This document shows positions 29,590 to 41,210 of a stretch of DNA of 64,000 nt, piece after piece. The translations under genes were made by a program, and so were the position numbers. Within the stretch, counting starts at the first letter, position 1. Each line of letters opens with the position of its first letter. This DNA comes from Eledone cirrhosa (lineage: Eukaryota): NCBI GenBank assembly GCA_964016885.1, contig OZ024743.1:219976001-220040000 (forward strand), in the 5' to 3' direction. Below the pieces are notes generated by a model, which saw only the letters and a list, made by a program, of their open reading frames with translations, was not told where the DNA came from and made no database searches.

Positions 29590-29932
29590 TTGGCATCATC
29601 TTTAAAGTGTACCTAAGGCTTGGGCCCCGTGCTATCCACCCACAACAAAAATCAAACTCGCATCTCATAACATTACGGCACTACTATTTCACTTCAACTG
29701 ATCCCACTCAATTTAACATTACACCAAAATACATTAAAAGAGAAACAGACCCCATAAAATTCAAAAAGTCTTTGGATAAATTCCTCCAAGAAATCCCGGA
29801 TAAAACTCTTACACCCGGATATATTTCTGTAAACAATAACTCTCTACTTGAGTGGGCCATGGTGTCCAAATCCTGATTTGAAAGACTTCCCCAGACATAG
29901 CCTGGGCCAATACTGTCCAAAACCTATCACGG
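29590..29932 (+). mobile_element. 3' end fragment of a CR1/L2-group LINE
   Basis: Translation FNITPKYIKRETDPIKFKKSLDKFLQEIPDKTLTPGYISVNNNSLLEW* resembles the FK..LD.FL..IPD.P..PGY C-terminus of CR1-group ORF2. A short UTR and (TA)n follow. Confidence 0.7.
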
Positions 29933-29965
<33 letters not shown>

Positions 29966-29969
<4 letters not shown>

Positions 29970-30000
29970 AAATAGATTAAATTAAATTAAATTAAAGGAG
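29966..30000. mobile_element. Left piece of a foldback-family terminus interrupted by the RTE insertion
   Basis: TCCGAAATAGATTAAATTAAATTAAATTAAAGGAG matches the terminus at 58181, which continues directly into TCATGTCC...; here that continuation appears at 34442. Confidence 0.85.
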
Positions 30001-30651
30001 TTTTTTGTTATTTATGTTAAATACGGGAGTTTTTGTCGTATTGAACAGAACAAATCTTGCATTTTTGCTTTTTGTTAATCGCTTGTTAAACAATCATAAC
30101 CTTCCAGCTAGCTACCCAATTCCTCAATTCCTTAATTCTATCGTATTCTCAAAACAAAACAAAATCCTTCCCATTCTGCTTCTTATAAATTCCTTTAAAT
30201 ATATATTATGCTACTTCGAAAGTCAAAAATCACGCTTCTACACCCAGGCACCCAGGCACCCTTCACCCTCCATCTAATTCATGAGGGACTGCGGTCAGCC
30301 ACTCTCTCTCTCCCCCTCCCCCTCTCTCTCTCTTAGCTACATATATATATATATAAGATAAACTCCCCTTCATGTTTAATCACTTTTCGCCAATTCATTG
30401 CTGTTTCAATTCAGTGCTGTTTCCTACTACGGTGTACCTCATGTAATCGTAACGTACACATTTTTCTATCTACTCCACGCTTCAATTTCGTACCTAGTCC
30501 AAACATCCAATCTTGCAAAATCCGAAATCTGTATTTTTTTGTTATTTATGTTAAATACGGTTGTTTTTGTCGTATTGAACAGAACAAATCTTGCATTTTT
30601 GCTTTTTGTTAATCGCTTGTTAAACAATCATAACCTTCCAGCTAGCTACCC
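30001..30651 (+). repeat. 117-bp direct repeat in the RTE 5' leader (30001-30117 and 30535-30651)
   Basis: TTTTTTGTTATTTATGTTAAATACGG..GTTTTTGTCG...CCAGCTAGCTACCC occurs twice, 534 bp apart, with 2 mismatches. Confidence 0.95.
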
Positions 30652-30681
30652 CACACCCCTCCCACCCGCCATCATTCTTAA

Positions 30682-30765
30682 TACGTGGACCAATCATAAG
30701 CCAGAGCCCCCCCCCCCCCACGCATCACCATTATTATTATTACGCGGACCAATCATAAGCCAGAG
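30682..30765 (+). promoter_or_regulatory. Duplicated CCAAT-box module upstream of the RTE ORF (putative internal promoter)
   Basis: TACG(T/C)GGACCAATCATAAGCCAGAG occurs twice, with CCAAT at 30690 and 30749, matching the NF-Y consensus RRCCAATCA. Confidence 0.45.
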
Positions 30766-30807
30766 GCCTATACTATCGCTTGCCCGGTTGCCTTCGATAT
30801 ATGATGG

Positions 30808-33800
30808 ATGGATGGATGGACTGCGGAATCCTGGAGAGTGGAAGGGAGAGAAAAATCTGGACGCTCAGCGAAAATGCCAAAGTTAAAGTCAAATTCACCT
30901 CGTGGACGAGAATGCGAGCACTCCTCTTTGTTTCGTCCGCGGATGGCTAACATAACCCCATCTCCCCCCGCCCCCCACCGCCCCCACCCTCCAAACGCAA
31001 TCCAAAACTTCAAAGTTGGTACCATAAATGTAGGCACCCTAAAGGGTCGCGCTAACGAGGTTGTAGAAATGCTTGAACGTAAGGAGGTCGATGTATGTTG
31101 TATTCAAGAGACCAGGTGGAGGGGTGGGTCTGCTAGATTCATTGAGGGTAAAAAACGATGTTATAAGCTTTTCTGGGTGGGAAACGACGATGGGCTGGGT
31201 GGAGTAGGAATCATGGTAGCAGAAAAGTGGGAAGATAAGATAATAGACGTAAATAGAGTGAACGACAGAATAATTAAAATACGACTTGTCCTCAATAGAA
31301 CTACGGTGACAGTAATATCTGCGTACGGACCCCAATCCGGACTGCCCGGCACTATAAAAGACAGATTCTATGAGACACTGATGCTAACTACCTCCCAAAT
31401 ATCCGACAGTGACTATATAATTATTGCAGGCGACCTAAATGGTCACGTTGGACAACATTGTGACGGCTACGACGAAATCCATGGAGGCTATGGGTTTGGT
31501 ACTAGAAATGAGGAAGGCTCCAGAATCCTGGAATTCTGTGATGTAAATAACCTAACTATCTGTAACACTAACTTCAAAAAACGTGACAATCACCTGATCA
31601 CCTATAGATCCGGGGAACACATAAGCCAGGTAGATTATATCCTTACCAGAAGACGTGACAGAGTGTCTGTCGTAAACACTAAATCCCTCCCCCATGAAGA
31701 ATGCACCTCCCAACATAGACTGATAATTAGCGACCTCATAGTCAGGACGAGACGTACTCGACAGCAGAAGAGGACTATCCTCAGGAGAAAAATATGGAAT
31801 CTAAAGGACCCCACAGCCAGAAATAAATTTCAAAGCATATTACTTGATGCTTTCGACAGTAAGGAAGAACATTTACAGTCGGACAATATAGAGGGACAGT
31901 GGGAATTTCTGAAAGCAAACCTGCTGATGGCGACAGACGAAGTCTGTGGCTGGAGCAGGCCTGTAGGCAGGAGGAGAGTAACATGGTGGTGGAACAGTAA
32001 AGTGGAGGGGTCAATTAAAGCCAAAAAGCAGGCTTGGAAAGTATGGCGGGATGGGGGAAGTAGAGAAGACTATCAAGTGGCCAGGAGGGAAGCTAGGAGA
32101 CAAGTGTACTTAGCAAGAAGGGAAGCAGAGGAAAGAAAGTTCAAGCATGTTCTACAACGCGAGGACCAAAAACGTGAGGTGTTCAGGATTGCTAGGCAAT
32201 GCGTCAAGGAAAACCGTGATATTGTCGGGGAGAAGTGTGTACTAAACGATGATGGCACACTTGCCATCACCGACGCTGATAAGAAGGTAGCTTGGAAGTG
32301 TCACCATGAAAGGCTACTAAATGAGGAGAATAAATGGGAGAAAGACAGTCTCCCCCCTATCGACCCAATAGAGGGACCAGCAGTGTTAGTCGAGGGGAGT
32401 ATAATAAGTAAGGCAATCAAGGATATGAAGACGGGTAAGGCGGCTGGGCCTTCGGAAATAGTTGCTGAGATGCTGAAGGCATCTGGCACGGTGGGACACA
32501 CCATGGTCACCCGCATAGTTAACCAAGTCGTACAGAATGGGGTTGTTCCGAAGGACTGGCATAGCAGCATCATCGTTAACTGTTATAAGGGTAAAGGAGA
32601 TGCCCTAGATAGGAGTAACTATAGAGGCATTAAATTAATCGACCAGGTCATGAAGGTCACGGAAAAAGTAATAGCGCAACTAATCAGAGAGAGAATTGAC
32701 CTAGATGAAATGCAGTTCGGGTTTGTGTCAGGCAAAAGTACCACAGACGCTCTTTTCATAGTACGACAACTACAGGAGAAGTACCTAGCTAAAGGTAAAC
32801 CCCTCTACTTAGCTTTTGTCGACTTGGAGAAAGCCTTCGACAGAGTCCCCCGCTCCATTATCTGGTGGGCTCTTAGAAAACTAGGCGTTGACGAATGGCT
32901 TGTGAGGGCTATACAAGCCATGTATAAAGAAACAGTCAGCAAGGTTAGAATTAACAACGAATATAGTGAAGAGTTTAGTGTAAAAGTTGGCGTCCATCAG
33001 GGCTCTGTTCTCAGCCCCCTACTATTTATTATTGCCCTTCAGGCTATAACAGAGGAGTTCAAGACCGGCTGCCCATGGGAACTCCTATACGCAGACGACC
33101 TGACACTCATAGCGGAATCAATGGCCGAGCTAGAGAAGAAATTCCAAACATGGAAGCACGGCCTAGAGTCAAAAGGACTTAAAATTAACCTGGCTAAGAC
33201 TAAAGTTCTAGTTTGTAGGAAAGAAAATAAGGCGGCGGTCCCTTCTGGGAAATGGTCGTGCTCGGTGTGTAGGAAAGGCGTAGGTAGAAACTCCATTTTA
33301 TGTCCTAAATGCAAAGTATGGGTGCATAAAAGATGTAGTGGGATCACAGGTAAGCTAACTAAGAACATAGATTTTACATGTGGCCGGTGTTCTGGTGCAA
33401 TAAGTAGCAGCAAGTGCCCACAAAATACTAGCTCTTTCAATTGCGCAGAGGGTTCTATAGAAATAGTGGACAGCTTCCGTTACCTGGGCGATAAAATCAG
33501 CAGTGGGGGAGGGTGCTCTGAAAGTACAGTAGCTAGAGTCAGAACTGGTTGGAAAAAGTTCAGAGAGCTTATACCACTATTAGCTGCTAAAGGGTTCTCC
33601 CTAAAAATGAAAGGCAGGTTGTACGATGCCTGCATACGAACAGCAATGTTGCATGGCAGTGAGACCTGGGCATTGTGTGCAGAGGATATACGCAGACTAG
33701 AGAGGAACGAAGCTTGCATGCTCCGCTGGATGTGTAACAGTAATATACGTGAACGGCAAAGCATAAACGAACTAAGGAAAAAATTAGAGATAAGAGGGAT

Positions 33801-34044
33801 CAGATGTTGTTTACTCGAGAGAAGGCTACGTTGGTATGGACACGTGATGCGCATGAAAATCGATAGCTGTATAACAAAGTGCGGGGCAATAAAGATAGAC
33901 GGTAGCCACGGAATAGGTAGACCTAGAAAAACCTGGGACGAGCTGATAAACTCCGACCTCACACACTTACACCTCTCCAAGACAATGTCACTGGACCGAG
34001 ACCTTTGGCGGTACTCAGTAACAGAGAAGACCCGCCTTACCTAA
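30808..34044 (+). CDS. RTE retrotransposon polyprotein: APE endonuclease + reverse transcriptase with inserted PHD finger (1078 aa; true start may be 30874 or 30943)
   Basis: APE motifs GTINVGTL, IQETRW, SAYGPQ, AGDLNGHVG, VDYIL and SQHRL. RT motifs NYRGIKL, QFGF, FVDLEKAFDRV, GVHQGSVLSPLLF, YADD (33088-33099) and FRYLG. RTE-type C-terminus RRLRWYGHVMR...GRPRKTW...DRDLWR. Confidence 0.96.
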   Translation: MDGWTAESWRVEGREKSGRSAKMPKLKSNSPRGRECEHSSLFRPRMANITPSPPAPHRPHPPNAIQNFKVGTINVGTLKGRANEVVEMLERKEVDVCCIQETRWRGGSARFIEGKKRCYKLFWVGNDDGLGGVGIMVAEKWEDKIIDVNRVNDRIIKIRLVLNRTTVTVISAYGPQSGLPGTIKDRFYETLMLTTSQISDSDYIIIAGDLNGHVGQHCDGYDEIHGGYGFGTRNEEGSRILEFCDVNNLTICNTNFKKRDNHLITYRSGEHISQVDYILTRRRDRVSVVNTKSLPHEECTSQHRLIISDLIVRTRRTRQQKRTILRRKIWNLKDPTARNKFQSILLDAFDSKEEHLQSDNIEGQWEFLKANLLMATDEVCGWSRPVGRRRVTWWWNSKVEGSIKAKKQAWKVWRDGGSREDYQVARREARRQVYLARREAEERKFKHVLQREDQKREVFRIARQCVKENRDIVGEKCVLNDDGTLAITDADKKVAWKCHHERLLNEENKWEKDSLPPIDPIEGPAVLVEGSIISKAIKDMKTGKAAGPSEIVAEMLKASGTVGHTMVTRIVNQVVQNGVVPKDWHSSIIVNCYKGKGDALDRSNYRGIKLIDQVMKVTEKVIAQLIRERIDLDEMQFGFVSGKSTTDALFIVRQLQEKYLAKGKPLYLAFVDLEKAFDRVPRSIIWWALRKLGVDEWLVRAIQAMYKETVSKVRINNEYSEEFSVKVGVHQGSVLSPLLFIIALQAITEEFKTGCPWELLYADDLTLIAESMAELEKKFQTWKHGLESKGLKINLAKTKVLVCRKENKAAVPSGKWSCSVCRKGVGRNSILCPKCKVWVHKRCSGITGKLTKNIDFTCGRCSGAISSSKCPQNTSSFNCAEGSIEIVDSFRYLGDKISSGGGCSESTVARVRTGWKKFRELIPLLAAKGFSLKMKGRLYDACIRTAMLHGSETWALCAEDIRRLERNEACMLRWMCNSNIRERQSINELRKKLEIRGIRCCLLERRLRWYGHVMRMKIDSCITKCGAIKIDGSHGIGRPRKTWDELINSDLTHLHLSKTMSLDRDLWRYSVTEKTRLT

Positions 34045-34438
34045 ATATATAGTAAAACCTACTCCAGCCAGTAGGCATTTCTAACAAAATACCCCCCCCC
34101 CCACATACCCCCACCCCATCCACACCACCCCGTTCTATGTAAAGTTATGTTGGTGCCGCGCCATCCAGGCCGAAACAAATGAGATCGTGTAGGTGTCACG
34201 ACAAAAAAACACACAGTCCACGCTGTAATGTGGCCGTGTAGGGAACACGGTAAAAACCTCCCAGACCCACACTGTAAATGTAGTTGGTGTTAGGAAGGGC
34301 ATCCAACTGTAGAAAACCTGCCAGACAGTCCTATGCGAGCAAGACAATCACTCTTGCCTCAAGTGGGACTACCCCCGTCCAAACCCATGCAAGCGTGGAA
34401 CACGGACGTTAAACGTTGATGATGATGATGATGATGAT

Positions 34439-34643
34439 GAGTCATGTCCGAGACATGCGCCATACTCAAAGATTCCAATGAATAGATCCGAGCATTTTAT
34501 ATCATCTTGAAATTGATTGACATATATATATATATTTAAAATAAACACATGAAACAATCACAGGGGATAATTACAAATTATCCCCTGTGATTGTTTCATG
34601 TGTTTATTTTAAATATATATATATTTGTCAATCAATTTCTAGA

Positions 34644-34650
<7 letters not shown>
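34439..34650. mobile_element. Right piece of the interrupted foldback element, with an internal palindrome centred near 34573
   Basis: GAGTCATGTCCGAGACATGCGCCATA... matches 58212 onward, with a 16-bp deletion. Arms ...ACACATGAAACAATCACAGGGGATAATT / AATTATCCCCTGTGATTGTTTCATGTGT... Confidence 0.85.
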
Positions 34651-34688
<38 letters not shown>

Positions 34689-34885
34689 GTTGGATGGTTT
34701 AACTAATGGATAGATCTAGTCATTGCAATTAGCGGGCCGTGATGTCATTACATCTGTTGACTGTTGACGTTGCCGATTGTCTTGCTTCATGATCTAATGA
34801 TGTAAACCGACCATAGAAATACGTATTGTGTAATTGTCAAACATTAAAGGAATGTATTAGAGTCCGGTCTTCAATTTTAATTGAA

Positions 34886-35027
<142 letters not shown>

Positions 35028-35895
35028 TTAATTTTTATTAATATATACACTCTGCCTGAGCACCGAGTGTTCGTTTTGGTACCGCAACCAGTAATTCATT
35101 GAATCACACACACACATACACACATATATATATATGTGTGTGTGTGTGTATATATATAACAAATACGTTGAAGCAAAAGATTAAATAAAGAAACCAAATT
35201 TAGTAGTGAGACTCATTGACTGACGTAAAGAGGAATATACTAACAAATACATAGGAACATATGTATTTAATTAGATAGAGTTTAAACACGGCTGTTGTTC
35301 ACAAAACATCGAAGCAACATGAGAATGCTTGGTACCTTATAAGGTAAATATAGACTTCTGTGATGCTATTTGATTTATACACCCACACGTCTCTCTACCT
35401 TTCTCTACCTGCCTATATGTTTGACCTATCTACCTACTTAACTATCTACCTTTCTTATCATCTGTTTATACTATGCTGCTTTTTCCCTTCCTGTCAAGCC
35501 ACACACACGGGCACACACAGACACGCAGACTCACACACACACACACACATACACACACACACAAGCACGCAGACACACACTCATACACTCACTCACATTC
35601 ACACAAAGAAATACACAAATGTGTATACACACATAGAAATATAAATGTTATTCACCCTTGAGGAGGTTTGGGGAGTCGAAATGGAGAGGGTTTTTTTGAT
35701 GAGACTGAACATCATATCTACACAGACACATAGACAGACAGATACACCCTCTCTCTCTCTATATATAATATAGTACATATATATATATTATATAATATGT
35801 GTATAATATATATATAAATAATATATGTATATATATATATAATACACCTTTCCAGTTTTTATATTTGAAAACAAATTTCTTTATATGTATATATG

Positions 35896-35943
<48 letters not shown>

Positions 35944-36170
35944 GACATATATAGACAATTTGTTTAAGTTTACAACATCTTCATCTGTCAAATACATGCG
36001 TTTCGCTGGGGAATTATTTCCGCAGGTCGTATATATATATACATATATATATATATTTATTAAATTCACATTTATTATTATTACTATATATATATATATA
36101 TGGTATGATACCAGGTGGACCATAACACACCAGAGTACTCGATACTTGGCGTAGTAGAGTGGGTAATATA

Positions 36171-36221
36171 AAAAGATTCAGGACCCCGACGGCTGAGCTC
36201 AGCCGTCGGCGTCCTGAACCT

Positions 36222-36224
<3 letters not shown>
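36171..36224. repeat. 54-bp near-perfect palindrome
   Basis: Perfect 24-bp core CCGACGGCTGAGCTCAGCCGTCGG (36186-36209), extended to 27-bp arms with 2 mismatches, directly followed by (TA)n. Confidence 0.9.
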
Positions 36225-36289
<65 letters not shown>

Positions 36290-36555
36290 ATATTGTAGAT
36301 AAATATATATTTACACAAGTAAAGTCAGTCATATAAGAGTGACCACCAGTTAGCGGTTTTCCTCAATGAATGAGTTAATTAAATAATTAATCAATTAGTC
36401 AGAGAGTTATAAATTGATAAGTGGGAAAAGCAAACAAGGCGACACTGCTGTCGAGACCATGAAGTGGAGGAGGTAACTTTTTATCTTGTTTGCGTTTCCC
36501 ACTTATGAATTCATACACACGCGCACACACCCATATATAGCAAACTACAACATTT

Positions 36556-36635
<80 letters not shown>

Positions 36636-36734
36636 CAATGAAAAAGAGTTAGTTGATTTAGAATCAGCTGACGTTTATATAACAGATGTCAAGCACTCAA
36701 CAGTTTTTGTTTATCCTGAGTTTTATTATAATAA

Positions 36735-37105
36735 TAATTGTTTCTACTTTAGGCACAAGGCCAGCAATTACTCCAGTGCATTACTGGTACTTTATTTTAT
36801 CGACCCCGTAAGGATGAAAGGCAAAGTTAACCTCGGTTGGATTCGAACTTAGACCGTAAAGGCCGTAACTCTATGCTGCAAAGCATGGTGTCCGACCCTC
36901 TACCGATACTGCTTAATAATAATTGTTTCTACTATTGGCACGAGGCCAGCAATTTTCCCAGTGTATTACTGGTACTTTATTTTATCGACCCCGTAAGGAT
37001 GGAAGGCAAAGTTAACCGCAGCGGGATTTGAAATCAGATCATAAAGGCCCGTAACTCTGCAAAGCATGACGTCCGACCCTCTACCGATACTGCCATTTAG
37101 ACCAT
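36735..37105 (-). mobile_element. Two head-to-tail tRNA-derived SINE copies (Meta/Nin-domain-like family)
   Basis: GGCACAAGGCCAGCAATT...CTGGTACTTTATTTTATCGACCCCGTAAGGATGAAAGGCAAAGTTAACC...GATTYGAA occurs twice. The reverse complement contains a B-box-like TTCRAATCC. Confidence 0.85.
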
Positions 37106-37113
37106 CTCAATTT

Positions 37114-37188
37114 ATTTTATTATACGTATTTCGAAGATGCAAGTCTTTTGTATACCATAAGCGGGAAAATGTTCTCTTCAGATAAAAT
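37114..37188 (-). ncRNA. Type I hammerhead ribozyme motif
   Basis: Minus strand reads ATTTTAT-CTGAAGA-GAA...TTC-GAAA-TACGTA-T-A-ATAAAAT: 7-bp stem I, canonical core, palindromic stem III and an AUA triplet. Confidence 0.7.
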
Positions 37189-37274
37189 CCAATGGAGATG
37201 TAGATATAATTTCATATGCAGGCGTTCAGACGAGCTGTTTAGATCCATTAGCCGGGAAGCATATATATATATAT

Positions 37275-37903
37275 AGTAATAATAATAAATTTGAAGACTA
37301 AAATCCAAAGTGGGCTCGATAAGGATAAATATATATCAAATATATAAGAACCGTAGAGCAGATATTTATTAAAATAACAGATTAAAGTTTAAGCAAAGAA
37401 TCGCTGCTTTCACCCTTAACGGGATCTTCTGAAACTAACAAAGTCAATCTGTAAACGCAGAAGTGAATATTTCAAAAAACGTTTCAACCGGAGGAAGAGA
37501 GGAAGACGATACTTTGGTTCGTGGAAACGTTCCCCTGGCAAAGAACGGGAAAAACGAATATAATACGTCATTATTTGGAGCGGTGAAAAACAATTACACG
37601 CAAAGACAGAACCACGTTTATGGTATAAAAGAAGTCGTAGACTAATATTCTCTATGGTGGTTCATAGAGACGTTCTCTGGCAATGAACGGAAAAAACGAA
37701 GATAATACGTTATATGTGGAGCGTTTTTTCCCGTCCTTTGCCAGCGAACGTTTCCACGAACCGAAGTATCGTCTTCCTGTCTTCCGCCGGTTGCAACGTT
37801 TTTTGAAATATTCACTTCTGCGTTTACAGATTGACTTTGTTAGTTTCAGAAGATCCCGTTAAGGGTGAAAGCAGCGATTCTTTGCTTAAACTTTAATCTG
37901 TTA
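37275..37903. mobile_element. Inverted-repeat element (arms ~37375-37556 and ~37721-37903) between (TA)n tracts; probable inverted Penelope-like pseudo-LTR pair
   Basis: The ~180-bp arms are reverse complements, exact over roughly the outer 110 bp. Each arm carries a hammerhead fold. Confidence 0.8.
37826..37901 (+). ncRNA. Type I hammerhead-like fold with U4A core variant (mirror copy on - strand at 37377-37452)
   Basis: ACAGATT..AGTTT-CAGAAGA-TCCC GTTAA GGGT-GAAA-GCAG..TTGC-T-T-AAACT..AATCTGT: two-part stem I, stem II, 5-bp stem III and a CUU triplet. Confidence 0.6.
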
Positions 37904-37905
37904 AT

Positions 37906-38352
<447 letters not shown>

Positions 38353-38493
38353 CCCTGCCTCTGCCTCTATCTTTACACTCGGCCCTTGAAAAAATTGATT
38401 CCACTTCATTTACTCTCATCTCGGGAACAATTTTAAATAGCGCCAGTTCGTAATTTGAATTCTAGAATTTTATATTCTTCGAATGAAAAGATC

Positions 38494-38573
38494 CTTCTGA
38501 CGAGATTCTTTCTTTGCAACGAAGGCCGTATGGACTCCGTTGATTTTTGAGAATCGAAACTGATTCGGTAAAG
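38494..38573 (+). ncRNA. Type I hammerhead ribozyme motif in a ~295-bp island (38353-38646) between two TA tracts
   Basis: CTT-CTGACGA-GATTCT...(CAACG..CGTTG)...AGAATC-GAAA-CTG ATT CGG-T-A-AAG: canonical core, perfect 6-bp stem II base and a GUA triplet. Confidence 0.75.
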
Positions 38574-38646
38574 TTAACCATAGTAAGTAAAGTTAATTTT
38601 AAAAAATTTATTTTGAAACTTTTTCTTATTTGCTAAACCTTGCTTG

Positions 38647-39757
<1,111 letters not shown>

Positions 39758-40457
39758 CGTAGCTATAGCCCCAAAAGAAGAAAAGATCAACATCATCGAT
39801 AACTACTGAGCCGCAGGTTTTATATCGGAGTTATCCCACTTTCCTGAGTTGCCTTCTCCTAGAAGAATGCCCCGACAAAGGCTAGGAGTCTTTCACTCCC
39901 AGTGGTTTAACCGCGCGATCGGGTGTCCAGCCCGACTATTTCTATGTCCCCGCGCATATACATGCATATGTACTGTGTATATACATATTTACACACTTTT
40001 GGATGGCTGTTGACTCTTATGAGTTCTTCCGCCCTTCAGTACACAGTCTTTCCTCACTTTAAAAAATATCGCACAGGCATTGCACGATAGAATTAATTAA
40101 TAATTATTAATAATGGTATATCGTGCAATGGCCATACTCGATAACGAGGGGGCAGCCATCATCATTATATATATATATGTATATATATGTATATATATAT
40201 ATGTGTATATATATAATGTATATATATATATTATTTACATAATAAACAACACAATATGAACTGGATATTCCTTGCAAGAATCATCTAGTTTCTTGAAACT
40301 TTCTATAATGAAATAATTATATTGTATTGTTTATTATGTAATTTAATAGTTCTGTACAATACACAGACCACTCTTTTTCTCTTTACCTTTTCTTCGGAAA
40401 TACTTAACACAGACATATATATATTATGTAATATAAATATATATATACATATATATA

Positions 40458-40960
40458 TCATCATCATCATCATCGTCATCGTTTTTACGTCCGTTTTTCC
40501 ACGCTTGCACAGTTTGGACGGGTCCTTCTCAGGACGGCATCTCTCCACATGTCACAATCCTTTGTCATCACCTCTGTGAGTCTCAGTGATTTGAGGTCAG
40601 CTCTCACAACCTCTGCTCAGGTCTTTCTCGATCTACTTCTACTGCGACTTCCTTCCACTGGCATTTTCTGGCACTTCTTTATCCAGTGATCATCGTTCAT
40701 GCGTATCACAGGTCCAAACTAACGCAGTCTTCTCTTCTGCACACCACCTCGAATTTCCTCTTAAACGCAGCTTTCCTTCAACCAAACTCTGCCTCTCTCT
40801 AACACTTACATTGCACATCCAACGGACCATAGTTGCTTCATTTCTCTCCGGTTTACGCACCTCCTCCGCAGTCACAGCTCATGTCTCACTACCATGCAAC
40901 ATCGCACTTCGCACACAGGCGTCATACAATCGTCCTTTTGTACGCAGGGAGAAACCTTTT
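40458..40960 (-). mobile_element. 5'-truncated, degenerate RTE copy related to the intact element
   Basis: Minus strand encodes KGFSLRTKGRLYDACVR and ERNEATMVRWMCNVSVRERQS, against KGFSLKMKGRLYDACIR and ERNEACMLRWMCNSNIRERQS in the intact ORF. It has the same 3' hairpin and (GAT)n tail. Confidence 0.9.
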
Positions 40961-41027
40961 TCCATCCTATCCTTATTCTAGCTATTATGTTCTCAGAACA
41001 CTCTCTTCATTCATTGCTAATTAATAT

Positions 41028-41210
41028 AATTGTTTCTACTTTTTGGCACAAGGCCAGCAATTACTCAGTGCATTACTGCTACTTTATTTTATCGACCCCG
41101 TAAGGATGAAAGGCAAAGTTAACCTCGCCGGGATTTGAACTCAGACATCAAAGGGACGTAACTAAATGCTGCAAAGCAGGCGTCCGACCATCTACCGATA
41201 CTGCCAATCC
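41028..41210 (-). mobile_element. tRNA-derived SINE (same family as 36735)
   Basis: GGCACAAGGCCAGCAATT...ATCGACCCCGTAAGGATGAAAGGCAAAG...GGGATTTGAACTC. Confidence 0.85.

Larger units (their letters stand above)
30001..34440 (+). mobile_element. Apparently intact RTE-clade non-LTR retrotransposon (~4.4 kb)
   Basis: Repeated 5' leader, a single uninterrupted APE-RT ORF, and a 3' UTR ending in CCGTCCAAACCCATGCAAGCGTGGAACACGGACGTTAAACG plus a (GAT)n tail. Boundaries are defined by the split host repeat. Confidence 0.93.

Noticed and set aside
30880-30960. HDV-like ribozyme near the RTE 5' end (TTC-ACCTCGT-GGA and GGATGGCTAA resemble P3/L3 and J4/2)
   Set aside because: No P1 or P2 partners and no P1.1 GG could be found by hand; a descriptor search would settle it.
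31039-33980. Short minus-strand ORFs within the RTE
   Set aside because: They are antisense shadows of the RTE coding frame with no recognisable motifs.
35960-36030. Half-hammerheads (GAAACGCATGTA on minus here; GAAACAATTGTA at ~60279)
   Set aside because: The CUGANGA core is missing or truncated; suggestive of the same element class but not callable.
40078-40130. Small inverted repeats (also 36417-36507 and 62100-62144)
   Set aside because: The arms are short (12-22 bp) with no second copy in the window, which is insufficient to assign an element.
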